64,000 nucleotides of DNA from the NCBI GenBank assembly GCA_002269645.1, contig NIVC01000539.1, forward strand, positions 124,001 through 188,000, given 5' to 3'. Both the position numbers and the translations under genes were made by a program. Shown here in pieces: positions 1-12,769 of this stretch. The stretch comes from Macrostomum lignano. Taxonomy: Eukaryota. The notes beneath the pieces were generated by a model. That model had not been told where the DNA came from, did not search any database, and was given only the letters and a program-made list of their open reading frames with translations. Position 1 is the stretch's first letter. Each line of letters begins with the position of its first letter.

Positions 1-634
1 GAGGAAAAGCGAGAGGAGAGAGTAGAGATGAGAGAGCAGAGAGCTGCAGATGAGAGGAGAGAGGAGACAGCAGAGAGAAGAGCAGAGAGGAAACAGGTGA
101 AAGAAGAGATGAGAGAGTAAAGGGAAGAGAGAAGAGATAAAGATACATCTCTACATCTCTAAGGTTGTAGAGATGAGAGAGGTGGAAGGAGAGATGAGAA
201 ATGAGAGATGAGAGATAACGGAGAGAGGAGAGTGGAGTGAGAGAAGAGAGGGAGACAGAGTATAGAAAAGGGAAGAGAAGAGAAAAGAAGAAAGGAGAAA
301 GGAAAGTGAGGAGTCAAAAGAGGGGAAAGAAAAGAGTACAGAGGAGAGAGGTGAGAGAACATATAAGACAGAGATGCCAGATTAAAGAGGGGGATGAGAG
401 AGCAGAGACGAGAGTGAACAGATGAAAGATGGGAGAGTAGAGAGAACAGAGGAGAGGTTACAGAGACGAGAGGAGAGAGGAGAGACAAAGGTAGAGAAGT
501 GAGTGAGGAGAGAGGAGAGGAAAGAGGAGAATGGAGAGGGGAGAGAGTAGAGAGAGGAGGAGAGATAAGAGAAAAAATCAGAGAAGAGAGAGAGAGAGAG
601 AGAGAGGAGGAGAGATAAGAGAGAAAGACAGAGA

Positions 635-697
<63 letters not shown>

Positions 698-723
698 GAG
701 AGAAAGACAGAGAAGAGAAGAGA

Positions 724-788
<65 letters not shown>

Positions 789-1205
789 GGGGAGAAGAGA
801 GAAATGAGAAGAGATAAGAGAGAAAAGATAAAAGAAGAGAAAGGAAAGATGAGAGAGCAAAGACGAGAGAGAAAAGAGGTGAGGGAAGAGACGAGAGAAG
901 AGGGGAGAGATGAGAGATTAGAGGAGAGAGTTAAGAGAAGAGAGAAAAGAATAGAAAGGAGAATGAAGATCAGAGTGAAGAGGGGGTGAGAGGAGAGAGG
1001 AGAGGGGAGAGGAGAGAGGAGAGGAGAGAAAAAACAAAAAAGTAGAGAGGAGAGAGGAGAGGAGAGAGAAAAGAAGAGACAAGAGATGAGATAAGAGAGA
1101 TGAAAGAGAAGAGAGATGAGGGAAGATACGAGAGAAGAGGGGAGAGAGGAGAGAGGAGAGAGGAGAGACGAAGGACGAGAGAGATGAGAGGAAACAAAGA
1201 GACGA
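1..1205. repeat. Degenerate polypurine (GA-rich) low-complexity tract with embedded (GA)n runs
   Basis: Sequence is almost only G/A; pure (GA)n at about 590-790. The overlapping L/S- and E/R-rich ORFs are compositional artefacts. Confidence 0.95.
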
Positions 1206-1703
1206 TAGAAATTTTAAAGGATCCAAGGGACGTAGGGAGAGTCAGGGAGAGACCAGAGTTTAGCAATATATGTTTTAGAGTCAGACAGACATTGTCTGAC
1301 ATTCTGCGCAGTACCCCAGCCAACAATGTCTCAAATCCTAATTTTACACGAATGTGCTCCATTTTATGTCTACCTCTATCCTACTAACTATTAACAAGTT
1401 TTTGTTTGTGTATGGCCTTAGATTTCAGAATACATGCAAAAGTAGTTCCGGGTATTGGAATTCCCCGGGTTCAAAATCCGCGGGTTTCAACAGCTTGTTA
1501 CACCTAAATCAAACAGCTCATTCATCCAGGTACTGCGTAGCTATAGATTGACAAAAAACTTTGGTTAGAGGAATAATCTAGCGTTTACTAAACTACACTT
1601 GAAGCTGGTTTCAAAAACAGACTAATAGAGATTACAATTTTGTATTTACACACTCCATCAGGCAGAACAGGAACCATTTCCACACTTCATCGGGTAGAGC
1701 AGC

Positions 1704-2032
1704 AACCATTGCACACAGCATCAGATAGAAGAGCGGCAACCATTGCACACAGCATCAGATAGAGCGGGAACCATTGCACACAGCATCAGATAGAGCGGGA
1801 ACCATTGCACACAGCATCAGATAGAAGAGCGGGAACCATTGCACACAGCATCAGATAGAGCGGGAACCATTGCACACAGCATCAGATAGAGCGGGAACAC
1901 CATTGCACACAGCATCAGATAGAGCGACAACCAATGCACACAGCATCAGATAGAGCGGCAACCATTGCACACAGCATCAGATAGAAGAGCAGCAACCATT
2001 GCACACAGCATCAGATAGAGCGGCAACCATTG
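1704..2032 (+). repeat. 31/34-bp minisatellite (ccattgcacacagcatcagatagagcgggaa), about 10 copies
   Basis: Direct tandem copies; ccattg recurs at 1771 and 1802. Confidence 0.9.
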
Positions 2033-2524
2033 CCAAAAACTCCAGAAAAAATATGCTTTAAGGCAAGTGACAAAAAAGGTAAAACAACAACACGCTTCTT
2101 GAGAACAAAGGAATTTTCTCAACTGGATTTATCATTCATGCTCACAACCGGGAATTCAGCATCCTCCAGAGTTTTTTTATCCTGCTTTATCTCCATCCAT
2201 TCCAATTCTCCCATTCTATAGCCCTTAAAGCGAGCGCTTCCTTGGCAAAAAATGTTGAGCAAAAAAAATAACAGCGAACTGATGCATGACGTGCCGTGCA
2301 TGGTAAGAAACTGTTTTGCCCGAAACATGCATTCTGATTCTGCAGCTGTCTTGAGCAGCACGCAATATGATTTGTAGTCAGGCCTGAGTCAAATTAAACT
2401 AACTCTGATAAGCTAGGAGTGAGGCGGCCTGCATTGATAATTATAATAATTGCAGTAAGCACCCTGCCCATTCCTGAGCACATGCGAGCGCGCCAATACT
2501 GTACGCAGGCACGCACTCATACAC

Positions 2525-2567
2525 CAAGGACTACTAGACTATAAAGAAGTGTTCCTAGTGGTCCTTG
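2525..2567. mobile_element. 43-bp minimal P-like element or deletion remnant
   Basis: Ends CAAGGACTACTAG / CTAGTGGTCCTTG (12/13 inverted match), flanked by TCATACAC and TCAAACAC (7/8 direct match, 8-bp TSD-like). Same CAAGGAC terminus as the 4348-6040 element. Confidence 0.55.
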
Positions 2568-2884
2568 TCAAACACACTCACGCTGAGTGTACAGCGGTCC
2601 TGACTTTCTAATAGTCAAGCAAATGCAGTCTCTGTGACTTGGGGGCTTAGCCCTCATGTGAGTGTGAATCGCACGACAACCACCCGTCAATTTTCAAGCA
2701 CAAAAAGCCACGAATCGATGCGAGTAGTATCGGTTCGCAGAATCTACCGAACGTTATGGAGATTGGAGTCAGAAATTGGCGATGGGCAGGTGGAGGGGAC
2801 GCGGTGCATGGAGTTGGGGTGGGTCGGCGGGAAGGTTAGCAGAACAGTTGCCCAACAATGCGGCGATAGGAGAGCGAGCGTACA

Positions 2885-3170
2885 GGGTAAGGGGGTAGGG
2901 GTGCAAGGCAGAGCGTGGGGTTGGTTGGCCCAGCGCACAATGAACAGGGTGAGGGGGTAGGGGTGCAAGGCAGAGCGTGGGGTTGGTTGGCCCAGCGCAC
3001 AATGAACAGGGTGAGGGGGTAGGGGTGCAAGGCAGAGCGTGGGGTTGGTTGGCCCAGCGCACAATGAACAGGGTGAGGGGTAGGGGTGCAAGGCAGAGCG
3101 TGGGGTTGGTTGGCCCAGCGCACAATGAACAGGGTGAGGGGGTAGGGGTGGAAGGCAGAGTGTGGGGTTG
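2885..3170 (+). repeat. 61-62-bp G-rich minisatellite, about 4.5 copies
   Basis: Unit ggggtaggggtgcaaggcagagcgtggggttggttggcccagcgcacaatgaacagggtga repeated; tgaac recurs at 2941, 3003, 3065 and 3126. Confidence 0.9.
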
Positions 3171-4749
3171 GTCAGGTGGTAGGTAAGCAGCACTCAGCGG
3201 AATATTATTGATACAAGATGTTTGAGGCAGAAATGTTAGGGGCTGTGCAAGCGCACGAATATGTAAATCATTCCTGGATCGTCGGCTCTTTTCAAGCACA
3301 ACAATCAAACGCTCTTAGAAAATAGAAAAATCAATTGTTTTTAGATTAATAAGCCAAGTTGCGGCGCGAGAGTCAGACGCAGCCGCTCTTACCCCCTGGC
3401 AGCTTGCATTGGAATTGGAACCCAGACCAATCTGAACTGATGGATAGCTAGGCGTGAGGCAGACCAATTTGATTCGGAGATACGAGAGAGTAGAAAATAT
3501 TCAAAATTTTAAGAGCGCATTGTCTGCTGCACCTCTCCCTTTACAGCCCTCGCTTTCCCCAGCAACATGGATCCCATTTGGCCCATCGCATTCCACTGTT
3601 ATCCAGATGCAGTCTCCCCTCCTTCATCGTGGTCAGGAATTCTACCCATTGTGCTAGAATTGCCGCCTACACCCCTTTAGAACTAGGAGCTGGCAAAGCT
3701 GCAATGGAAAGCCGCATATCTTTCATCGGATCGGAGCGAATCGTTCGATTATAAAAGTACATGTTTGTGGACTCTTTAGTGCGCAGCCCGCCTCTGGGCT
3801 AGGTACGGTAGATAGGGATTATTAGAGAGAACGAGTACAGGTGAGAGAGAAGGAGGGCTCCCGGTTAGTGTTGCTGATGGAGCTAACATGAATATATCAG
3901 TTTGGCAACGGCAGCAGCCCTGTTTAGCGCTGCAATCTTCATAATCTGTCTACCACCCGCTGTGTGCGATCTATCTGCTGACGCTGACACCTCCTGGGCA
4001 GCATAGCCCGAATAGAATGCGGCTGGTTTTAACTCGTAATTAGCTAAATTTGCCGGGCATTGGCCTGCGTTCCGCGAACCCAACAAACATCAACACGGAG
4101 TGATCGTAGGGCTGCAGGCCTGTCATGGGTGTTTTTATTGTTCCGCAAATCCACAGAACCGCTCTCGGCCATAGACAATAAAGCCGATCAAGCGGCTTGA
4201 TTCCTGCTTGATTTTGCGAGCAAGACTGCTTAAGAAACGGCCCATTCTCTGCCCGATATCGGGCTGGGCCATAGACGAAGCCGAAACGATTGTATTTAAA
4301 ACATTAAAAGTGCAACATTACAAAGAGGACAACAGTAACGATTTAATCAAGGACAACTTGATAACTCAGGACCGGAAACGAGCCAATTCATGGCGAAAAA
4401 AAGTATGAGGCTCGTTTAAAAGCATTGTTCTATGGCCCGTCCGTATGCGCATGCTTTCAGTTGCCAATGTATACGCGTATCATATTTGACTTTTTGATAG
4501 GCAGTCAGAAGGCGAGTGCAGGGTCGGATTTCTTACATACATGTAAATAGTTTTATTATTTATTACATAAAGTAAACGTCGTGAAAATACACAATGGGAA
4601 AGCTGTACATGCAGCACATGTATAAGGAAACTCGAGAAAAATTTACGATTCTTTCTTCATCTGAACTACAAACAGAGAGGAAAATAACAGTCACAGAACG
4701 GGACAAGAGCTGACTATGATAAATAGTGAAGTGTTTGCTCCAGGTTCGC

Positions 4750-5424
4750 TCACTGTCCACTCAGCTTCAGTATTTTTCTATCGTGCACTTTATCCGGTGA
4801 AGGAGCGCTCTTTGCTCCTCGTTGAACATAACCCTTGAAGAAACAGTTGGTGAGGCGCACGCAGCATCCCAGAACATCTGCTTCAAGGAAGTAAAACTCG
4901 CCAACGGCAGCAAACAATTTGCGCACTCGCAAAGCACATGACGTTGATCGCAGCGAAATGAAGCATCCGAAACAGAGGCAAGCAAAATTAAACAGCCACT
5001 TTGGCGGGTGCTTCAACTTTCCCCGGGAAATCATTTCAGTGAATTCACCGAGTTGGGGTGTTTAAATTTTCGGCAGGATCCAAGCAGATCTCGAACCGTA
5101 ACTGGTGAGTGTAACCGAAAGCTTCGCACGGAATAGTTTGGTGAAACGAAAACTCGCAGAACCATTTCGGCATTGGCGCTTAACGAGAAGATAAACAACT
5201 CCTCTTGAACAATGGCAACAATAAGCTGATGTGCTTTGATGACGTCTGAACAGTGAATGGATGCTCGGAATTCAGTCCACGATGGCAGCGTGTCACGCTC
5301 TCGAAATTCTACTAGTTCATCTTGGAAAAGGCATCGTTCGGATAACAGCACGCCCCTTCCCTCAGCCTGTCGACTGGCACGCACTGCAATATCCAAGCAC
5401 GCATCTTAGTGTTTCGTTTCGACC
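4750..5424 (-). pseudogene. Frameshifted remainder of the transposase: post-THAP region joined to a C-terminal fragment, catalytic core absent
   Basis: After a 62-nt intron (5486-5425): GSKRNTKMRA, a frameshift, then DIAVRASRQ...DELVEFRERDTLPSWTEF..., then in another frame EMISRGKLKHPPKWLF...CVRLTNCFFKG. The last segment resembles the SRGxLxxP C-terminal region of P/THAP9 transposases (recognised by eye). Confidence 0.6.
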
Positions 5425-5486
5425 CTATTTGATGGAGCGCAAAATACGCTCGAATATTTGAATTGAAGCAGTAGAAATTCACAAAC

Positions 5487-5847
5487 CTTGTGTTTGAACG
5501 AGGCAGGACTGCGGGACTCCGTCGAAAACTGATGTTGGATGCAGCGGCCTTTCATTTCTTCCCTTCTTAATCATTGGTGCATCTTGAGGCCAGTGCTTAG
5601 CACACACGCCCATGTAGTCTGTCACGGTCTAAACAACAACAGAATTGTTAATGAATTCATGTGGACAGGCTAAATCTGATTCACAAAGCACATTTGAAGA
5701 AAGTCTTACCGTCAGTTGATTAGGCAGAGACAGTCGCCAAGCCTCTCGTTCAGTTGCATCTTTAGGAAACGAAAATACTGCAACATTCCGATCACGGTTA
5801 CTATTATAGTTTGCAAAACAGAAAATGACGCTGCATTTTCTCGGCAT
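5487..5847 (-). pseudogene. Spliced THAP zinc-finger domain of the transposase (exons 5847-5710 and 5628-5487)
   Basis: Exon 1 MPRKCSVIFCFANY...AVFSFPKDATEREAWRLSLPNQLT, then an 81-nt GTAAGA...TTTAG intron, then exon 2 TVTDYMGVCAKHWPQD...PTSVF. Together these give the C2CH THAP signature (C-x4-C, FP..W, VC..H). Confidence 0.85.
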
Positions 5848-8603
5848 GATATTTAGTTTCAGCAAGAATAAAAGTTCTCTCTCTCAATTGCAAGTGCATG
5901 CGAAGAACTCAATTTTCAGCTCAGATTTCTTCGCTTTCGTAGCTTTGGATGGGCCATAGAACAATGCTTTTAAACGAGCCTCATACTTTTTTCGCCATGA
6001 ATTGGCTCGTTTCCGGTCCTGAGTTATCAAGTTGTCCTTGGATTTAATATAGTCTTGTGGTGCAACCCACGCCGTCTTTACAGTACATAGGGTATTTCAA
6101 TGCCCAAGTGGCGTTCGGAGGTACTCACTTATAGGAAAAATAGAACACGGGATCCATTTTTCTCTATAGCACTGCAGTCGGCAGAACTCCATTAAAGTCC
6201 CTTTGTTCGCAGTCAACAGCAGATACTTTTAGGTCGCCACGCTCAACGCTAAAACCAGGCGATTGAAGTGGGACGTCGCTCGTGACTCGTTTAACGATTG
6301 GACCAGGCGGTGAAGAATTCATTGTCAGAGCATCCGACAGTTGACGCTTCTTCCCTGGCGAGATCCGCTTTGTGTACCTCTGAACCTCTGGAGTAGTCTA
6401 TTATGTTCTCAGAACGCTCGGGTCAGGAGTTAATTAATTAAATTTTAATAAAAAGTTAGACTAATCATTACTTTGTCAGTCGCTCTTTTAGGCTCAGAAA
6501 TAAAATGAAATACAGTTTGCATTTTGTGCCATAGACAAATTCCATTTTCTTGCGGGCCGAGAATCAGGACTTGCACTGAACTCAGACTGAAGCGAATGCA
6601 GTTTGACTCGCGGGCCGAAGAATGTCGTTTCTCGGCCCGCTCTTGAAATCAAGAAGGAATACAAATCCAGCAGGTTATCTAGGGCAAAAAGTCGGAAAAA
6701 GTTCTCTAGAAAGTGCCCTAGAAAGTGCCCTAGAAAGCCTGAAGGATTTATATATTCCGGCCGCATAGCTTCATTGTACCATGAATTTTTGCCCAGCGGG
6801 CCCTTAATCAATCCCTTTAGTACCATAGACTATATTTAAGCCCGCATGAATCGAACATAAGTCTAAGTGGAAAATTTCATTTAATTCCTGCAAATTTGCA
6901 AGTTTTGTTTTCATCAAATGAAAGTGTCTATGGATGAAGGAATAGAAAGGATTGCTCATCTGAAATCGAGTCTATGGCCAAAACCTCCTAAAAATTGGGA
7001 TATTCCCCCCATGAATTTCATTGGCTGCTGGAATTTAATAGTCCCCCTGAGTTCTTACTGACTGAAGCTTGTACCCGGGGGAAATTTTAAAGTCACGATT
7101 AACGTTAGAAATCTATAATTGCTTTCTTCCTCTGGGCCACGACGGCTTAAGGGAAAGAAATTAGCATTTAGAACAAGAGAAAATGTTATCTATGTTAATA
7201 CAAGAGCCTAGTATGCGCGTTAATCGTTTTGATTTTGTTTTTTACATACATACCCATGCTCTAAGGGCGTGTTGATTTTTAATTGAATAGTCCAGCTATA
7301 TAGGTGAATATATTCTTTTGCAAAGAAAACTTTGCAAAACTGTACTCTGGAATTTAATTATCCCCTGTTGAACTTGGTGACTGGTATCTCTAAGTAAACA
7401 TCTAGCATTGTGATGCAGGTTAGCAAGGCGACTTTAATCTTTTGTTGCGTGTGTTGCAGCCCGTCACTGTCCGATTAGCAATTACTATTTTATTGAATTT
7501 CCCTCTCCGCCGGCCTGTCTGAGCACTGCTCGCCCGCGGCCAGCTCGGGCTAAACTCTTTCATCCGATGGAAGCACTCCAATCGGAAATTAGCTATATAT
7601 ATATACATGCAGCTATAGTAACTAAGCGCATTTCGCCGCCAGTTACGGGAATCGAGTTGAAAGAATGGCTGCTGGTCTTACTTGGTCCCGGATCTGCGAA
7701 ATTTGCTTTGCAACCAGTCCAGCCCGAGGCAAGACAAGCGGGCTGTAATTTAAAATAAAGACAGAAATGTAGATATATATATAAGTATAGCGAAGCTTAT
7801 TTGAATTTGCACTTATACTATTTGAATTTATTTGACGCCCATGGCCCGTTGTCTCCGTCTACTACAGCTCACGTTTGAGTCTATGATGGATTCTCTCTCT
7901 CTCTCTAGCATGTGGATAATTGGCTTCTGAATTGTGGAATTCCGGCTCAATCCGCGATGGATACCTTCTACACAGTTTAAAATGAATATTGCATTAGAAA
8001 TTGAGGGTTGAATTCAACCAGAGACAAGTAGGTCTTTCGTTCCAGGTGCCTCCACAAGTTTTTGGCAAACATCCTGTTCCTGTATTAGCTTAGAATTATA
8101 TGAACAAGTTTTTTCCCATCTCGAATCTACTGTTCTATTGCGGCATTAAATTTACTAAGCTTATACCTTCTTTAATCAGATCGAAGTGGAAGTTTGCCTG
8201 CCCCAATTTTCTCTCTTAATAACCTCTGTGACGAAGAAACTAAACTGTGACGCTACTTTCAATGAGATGATGACACACCCATTGCGTCAGTTCCAAACAT
8301 GCTGTATTCTCTATTCTCAAGTTTGGGTCAAGTGTCAATTTTTTTGGCCAAATGTTTTGTTTCAGGGACTCCTGTCGGCACTTTGTATTGCAAGAAATAT
8401 TGTTAGCGAGCTCAGGAGCTCAGGAGCTCCCTACTGAACTTTCTGTGGATTGAATTCGAATTTGTAGCCAACGTATGATGCATACTACTCTTGGCACTAT
8501 ACCAGACTAACACACGATCAATGTGGGACATGATTTATTGATCAAAACACGCTGAGTTGAAGTGAATGAGCAGTATTACGTGAACCACTGTGATCAGTGA
8601 TAG

Positions 8604-8753
8604 AAGGTGGCTTTCACAAACGCGAAACTTTATAACCTCTACAAAGACTGACTTTTTTGCGGTCGTGAAGTTTCGCGTCTATGAAATGTAGCGCTTATGA
8701 AATTGGGTGATTTAGCGGTTGTGAAGTTTTGCGTTTGTGAAAGCCAAACCCAC
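8604..8753. mobile_element. Short Mutator/Foldback-type MITE
   Basis: Inverted repeat ggctttcacaaacgcgaaactt / aagttttgcgtttgtgaaagcc, flanked by perfect 9-bp direct repeat CAGTGATAG (8595-8603 and 8754-8762). Confidence 0.7.
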
Positions 8754-9341
8754 CAGTGATAGGAATACTTGTACATCTACTGTACACATTACCAAACTAT
8801 TCAACGGTAAACTGTAGCCTCAATGTGATGCTTACACTCTAAATTTAGAATACCTTTGTCTAGTATCGAATCCTAAGCTCCTTTCGCCTTTTATTGATAG
8901 GAGCTTAGGACAGAGGATTTAACTAATCTACTCTCATTCACTCGGGGTGTCACTTTACAAGACCTTTGCCAAAGCAGCCACGCCCAACAATGGGAAGATG
9001 TATAGCAAAGTAAGGCTACTGATGTTTTTTCTCTCCTGTTTACGAGTATTCAATCTGGACACAACCTACAAACTGAATACCTCCTCATTGGCCTATGGAC
9101 TGCTAGCATTGTGCAAGTTATATATGTGTAAGCTGCAGAGGAGCAGGCAACCATAGTGCGAGCCCACAGAGTACGATTTCGTCGAAATTCCCATAGAATG
9201 ATCAAATCAAACTGTGGCTACGATCATGAAGACCCCGACAGTCTGGAGTCTGTCATGTCCACGTACGTGCTTTTTTATCTGATTAATTATTGCCTTGGGC
9301 TCAGGTTCTTGTCGGGCTAAGAAAGATAGATAGATTTATAT

Positions 9342-10465
9342 CAGGGGTCGACAGTATCTGGCTTCGACAATATCTTTCTTCTCTCTTCTTACCTCTCTCC
9401 TCTCCTATCCTCTCCTATCCTCTCCTCTCCTATCATCTCCTCTCCTATCATCTCCTCTCCTATCCTCTCCTCTCCTCTCCTCTCCTCTCCTCTCCTCTCC
9501 TCTCCTCTCCTATCATCTCCTCTCCTATCATCTCCTCTCCTATCCTCTCCTCTCCTCTCCTCTCCTCTCCTCTCCTCTCCTCTCCTCTCCTCTCCTCTCC
9601 TCTCCTCTCCTCTCCTCTCCTCTCCTCTCCTCTCCTCTCCTATCCTCTCCTCTCCTATCCTCTCCTCTCCTATCATCTCCTCTCCTATCCTCTCCTCTCC
9701 TCTCCTATCCTCTCCTCTCCACTCCTCTCCTCTCCTCTCGTCTCCTATCCTATCCTCTCCTCTCCTCTCCTCTCCTCTCCTCTCCTCTCCTCTCCTATCC
9801 TCTCCTCTCCTCTCCTATCCTCTCCTCTCCTATCCTCTCCTCTCCTATCCTCTCCTCTCCTATCCTCTCCTCTCCTATCCTCTCCTCTCCTCTCCTCTCC
9901 TCTCCTCTCCTCTCCTCTCCTATCCTCTCCTCTCCTATCCTCTCCTCTACTCTCCTATCCTCTCCTCTCCTATCCTATCTTATCCTATCCTCTCCTCTCC
10001 TATCCTCTCCTCTCCTATCCTCTCCTCTACTCTCCTATCCTCTCCTCTCCTATCCTCTCCTCTCCTATCCTCTCCTCTCCTCTCCTCTCCTCTCCTCTCC
10101 TCTCCTCTCCCATCCTCTCCTCTCCTATCCTATCTTATCCTATCCTCTCCTCTCCTCCCCTCTCTCCTCATCTCTCTCCTCTCTCCTCATCTCTCTTCTC
10201 TCTTCTCATCTCGCCTCTCTCCTGTCTCCTCTCCCCTCGCTCCTCTACTCTCTATTCTTTTCTTTCCTTCTTTCTCCTCTCCTATTTCATCTCTCGTCTC
10301 CTCTCCTCCCCTCTCTTCTCCTTTTTTTCCCACGTCTCTCTTTTATTCTATCTCTCTTCCCTCTTCTCTATTCTCCTCTCTCGCCACCTCTGTCCCGCAG
10401 TCATGCGCTACGTTTTCTATCTGGCCCTTGAAGTAAGGGCCTCAAGTAAGGATTGCCGACCCCTG
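9342..10465 (+). mobile_element. hAT-type non-autonomous element carrying a (CCTCT)n satellite
   Basis: Ends CAGGGGTCGACA... / ...TTGCCGACCCCTG, with 8-bp TSD-like flanks ATTTATAT / ATCTATAT (7/8). Confidence 0.75.
9388..10160 (+). repeat. (CCTCT/CCTAT)n pentamer microsatellite
   Basis: Direct reading of the sequence. ORF 9290-10525 is an artefact. Confidence 0.95.
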
Positions 10466-11529
10466 ATCTATATATCACCAATAGGTAGAAGCATGTTAAT
10501 TTTGTTTTTTTTACTCGTAAATTAATGCCAAAGATACACTACCAGTGCAACATTTGGTCTGGGGCTTCAGTGCGCGACCATGGACTATAAAATTTCATTA
10601 AGTTACCCCGAAAAATATTTTGTCTATGGTAACTGACGGAGTTTTTGCTACTTGCTACTGGCTTATGCAGGTCTTAAAATGTGTCTGTGACCATCGACGG
10701 CCAGACTCCTAGTGTTTGTGCTCTCAGACATGATTATCCAGTGTCTGGAGCAGAGCCAGGAGAACTCTGTGCCGTGGGTGCATTTCACTCAGAGAAATGA
10801 GTGAAACTAACTAATTGTAGCCTGAGGAAACGCTGGTGGGTGCGTCATTTCATTCTGACCACACAGCCGCAAAAGTTGTTTTTTTCCTCCAGTCATGCAG
10901 AAAGCTGCTCACTCGCTGCTCCGTTTAGGTGCAGTTGGATGGCGGTAAACAACTATAATTAATGCTTGGTACTTTTATTAGCCCCAAAGACCACGAGAAG
11001 CACGGGAAGGAACAAAACAAGCTTCGATCGGAAGTGGGGTGCAGCCAACAGTGAAATACTAGTGCAGAATAAGCGCCCACGCACTCTTACACGCAAGTCC
11101 GGGATTTTGGCGCACTTTTCTACTGAGTTTCCTTGTCTCGGGAGTCCTGATTTCTTTGAACTTGGCTCCGACTTGGAACTGGAGAGAGACTTGCCACTTG
11201 AATGATGCATAGAAGTCAAGCCGAGAAAACTTCACAGGGGGCCAACGCTAAATGCTTCTTTCACTCAGTCGCTTTCTCTAGCGCGCATAATTGCATCAGG
11301 CTCTGGTTGGGCCGCACTGCCATGCGTCATAATCGGATTAAGCAATGAGGCAATCCATTTCCCCTAGATGCGCAATCGTTCCCCTTTTTGGTGGATGCGC
11401 GCGGGCCCGGCGCATTCTTAAAAGAGTTTTGTTGGAGCTCTCAGTTGAAGCATCCCCGGAACTGGGCGGATAAGTTCGGCCGGTTAGGAATCTCACGGGG
11501 GAACAATGATGAAGGAAGGAGATTGAAGG

Positions 11530-11925
11530 TTAAAGAATCAGGGGGAGAGGTAGACTAGGTAAAGAGAGAGGGATGGACAGAGACACAGAGAGGGAAAGAC
11601 ACAGTGAGTAGGGCACGGTGAGAAGGGGAGAGGAGAGAGAGGGAAAGACAGAGAGGGGGAGAGGAGAGGGAGAGACAAAGAGGGGGAGAGGAAAGGGAGA
11701 GTGAGAGAGGGAGAGGAGACAGAGAGGGGGAGAGAGGGAGAGGGAGAGACTGAGAGGGGGAGAGAAGGAGAGGGAGAGACTGAGAAGGGGGAGAGAAGGA
11801 GAGGGAGAGACTGAGAAGGGGGAGAGGGAGAGGGAGTGGAGGGAAAAAAAGGTGAGAGGAGAGGGAGAGACAGAGAGGGTGAGAGGAGAGGGAGAAGGAG
11901 AGACAGAGAGGGGAGACACAGACAG
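11530..11925. repeat. GA-rich low-complexity tract
   Basis: Degenerate gagagggagagac-type units. Confidence 0.85.
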
Positions 11926-12769
11926 TAAGAAACTAAACCAATTGTTTAAATTAACATATTTTAGTTGTTACTTGTTTTTTTCCAGCCAATGAGTAGTATA
12001 CTTCGAATCTTTGCAACTGATTCTTTAAAAAATCCGGTTCTTTCTAGAAAAAAATTACGGTCCAGCAGCATCCCATACATACATGGTGGGTGACGGGGGA
12101 GGCCTCGGTTGCCTGCACGCAAAAAATGAGCCGCACAAAATACTCGCAATGCAAGCACACTCGTACGTTACGATTTTGTTGATTGGCTTTTTACTTTTAG
12201 ATTAAAAGCCAAAGCTGCTCGATAAGAACTGATGCGGCTCTCACAGTTGGCTAGAGAAATAAAAGTTAGGGGATATATACGAGCGTAGATTGGGGGGAAA
12301 GTCCTATATAGTTATGCTCCTCTCAGATTCAAAGGCCATAGCAACTCAGTAAAATGACAGTGCGTGTTCGTTAGAGTGAAAGGCTGCCAGTGGGAGGCCC
12401 GAGAATTATTCTAAGAAATCTGGAGCCCACTGTGGGAAAGAAATCCTCAGCATTGTCAAGGTGTTCTAAAATCGGCGTCTGGAGTGGCTAATAAGAGAAA
12501 CAAAACAAGGAATTTAAAATAAAATAAAATAAACATGAAAAACATGAAAACATGATTCTCTACAGCAACACTAGCTGAGGGGTCCGCAAGATTCTTATTT
12601 ACCTCAGGTACCAGATGAAGAATCCAACTCACGGCTGCGGACCAAGATGAGAGATCAAAGGATAGTGGATAGAAAAGAGAAAAGAAGAAAGAGATAGAGA
12701 CAGAGACGAGAGAGAAGATGAGATGTACGAGAACGAGAACATGTGAGAAAGAAGTTAAGAGGAGAGAGG

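Larger units (their letters stand above)
4348..6040 (-). mobile_element. Non-autonomous, internally deleted P-superfamily (THAP9/P/Galileo-like) DNA transposon
   Basis: ~95-bp near-perfect TIRs (4348-4442 and 5947-6040) beginning CAAGGACAACTTGATAACTCAGG. Perfect 8-bp TSD GATTTAAT at 4340-4347 and 6041-6048. Interior encodes a THAP domain and a transposase C-terminal-like fragment. Confidence 0.9.

Noticed and set aside
6826-6978. CCATAGAC...GTCTATGG inverted pairs (also about 10578-10629) as MITEs
   Set aside because: Only 8-9-bp matches, no TSD found, and ends ambiguous.
10880-12640. Isolated exon-like segments with plausible splice signals (minus about 11095-11185 FQVGAKFKEIRTPETRK..., minus about 12600-12632, plus about 10895-10945)
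   Set aside because: Could not be joined into a coherent or recognisable gene; such signals arise by chance.
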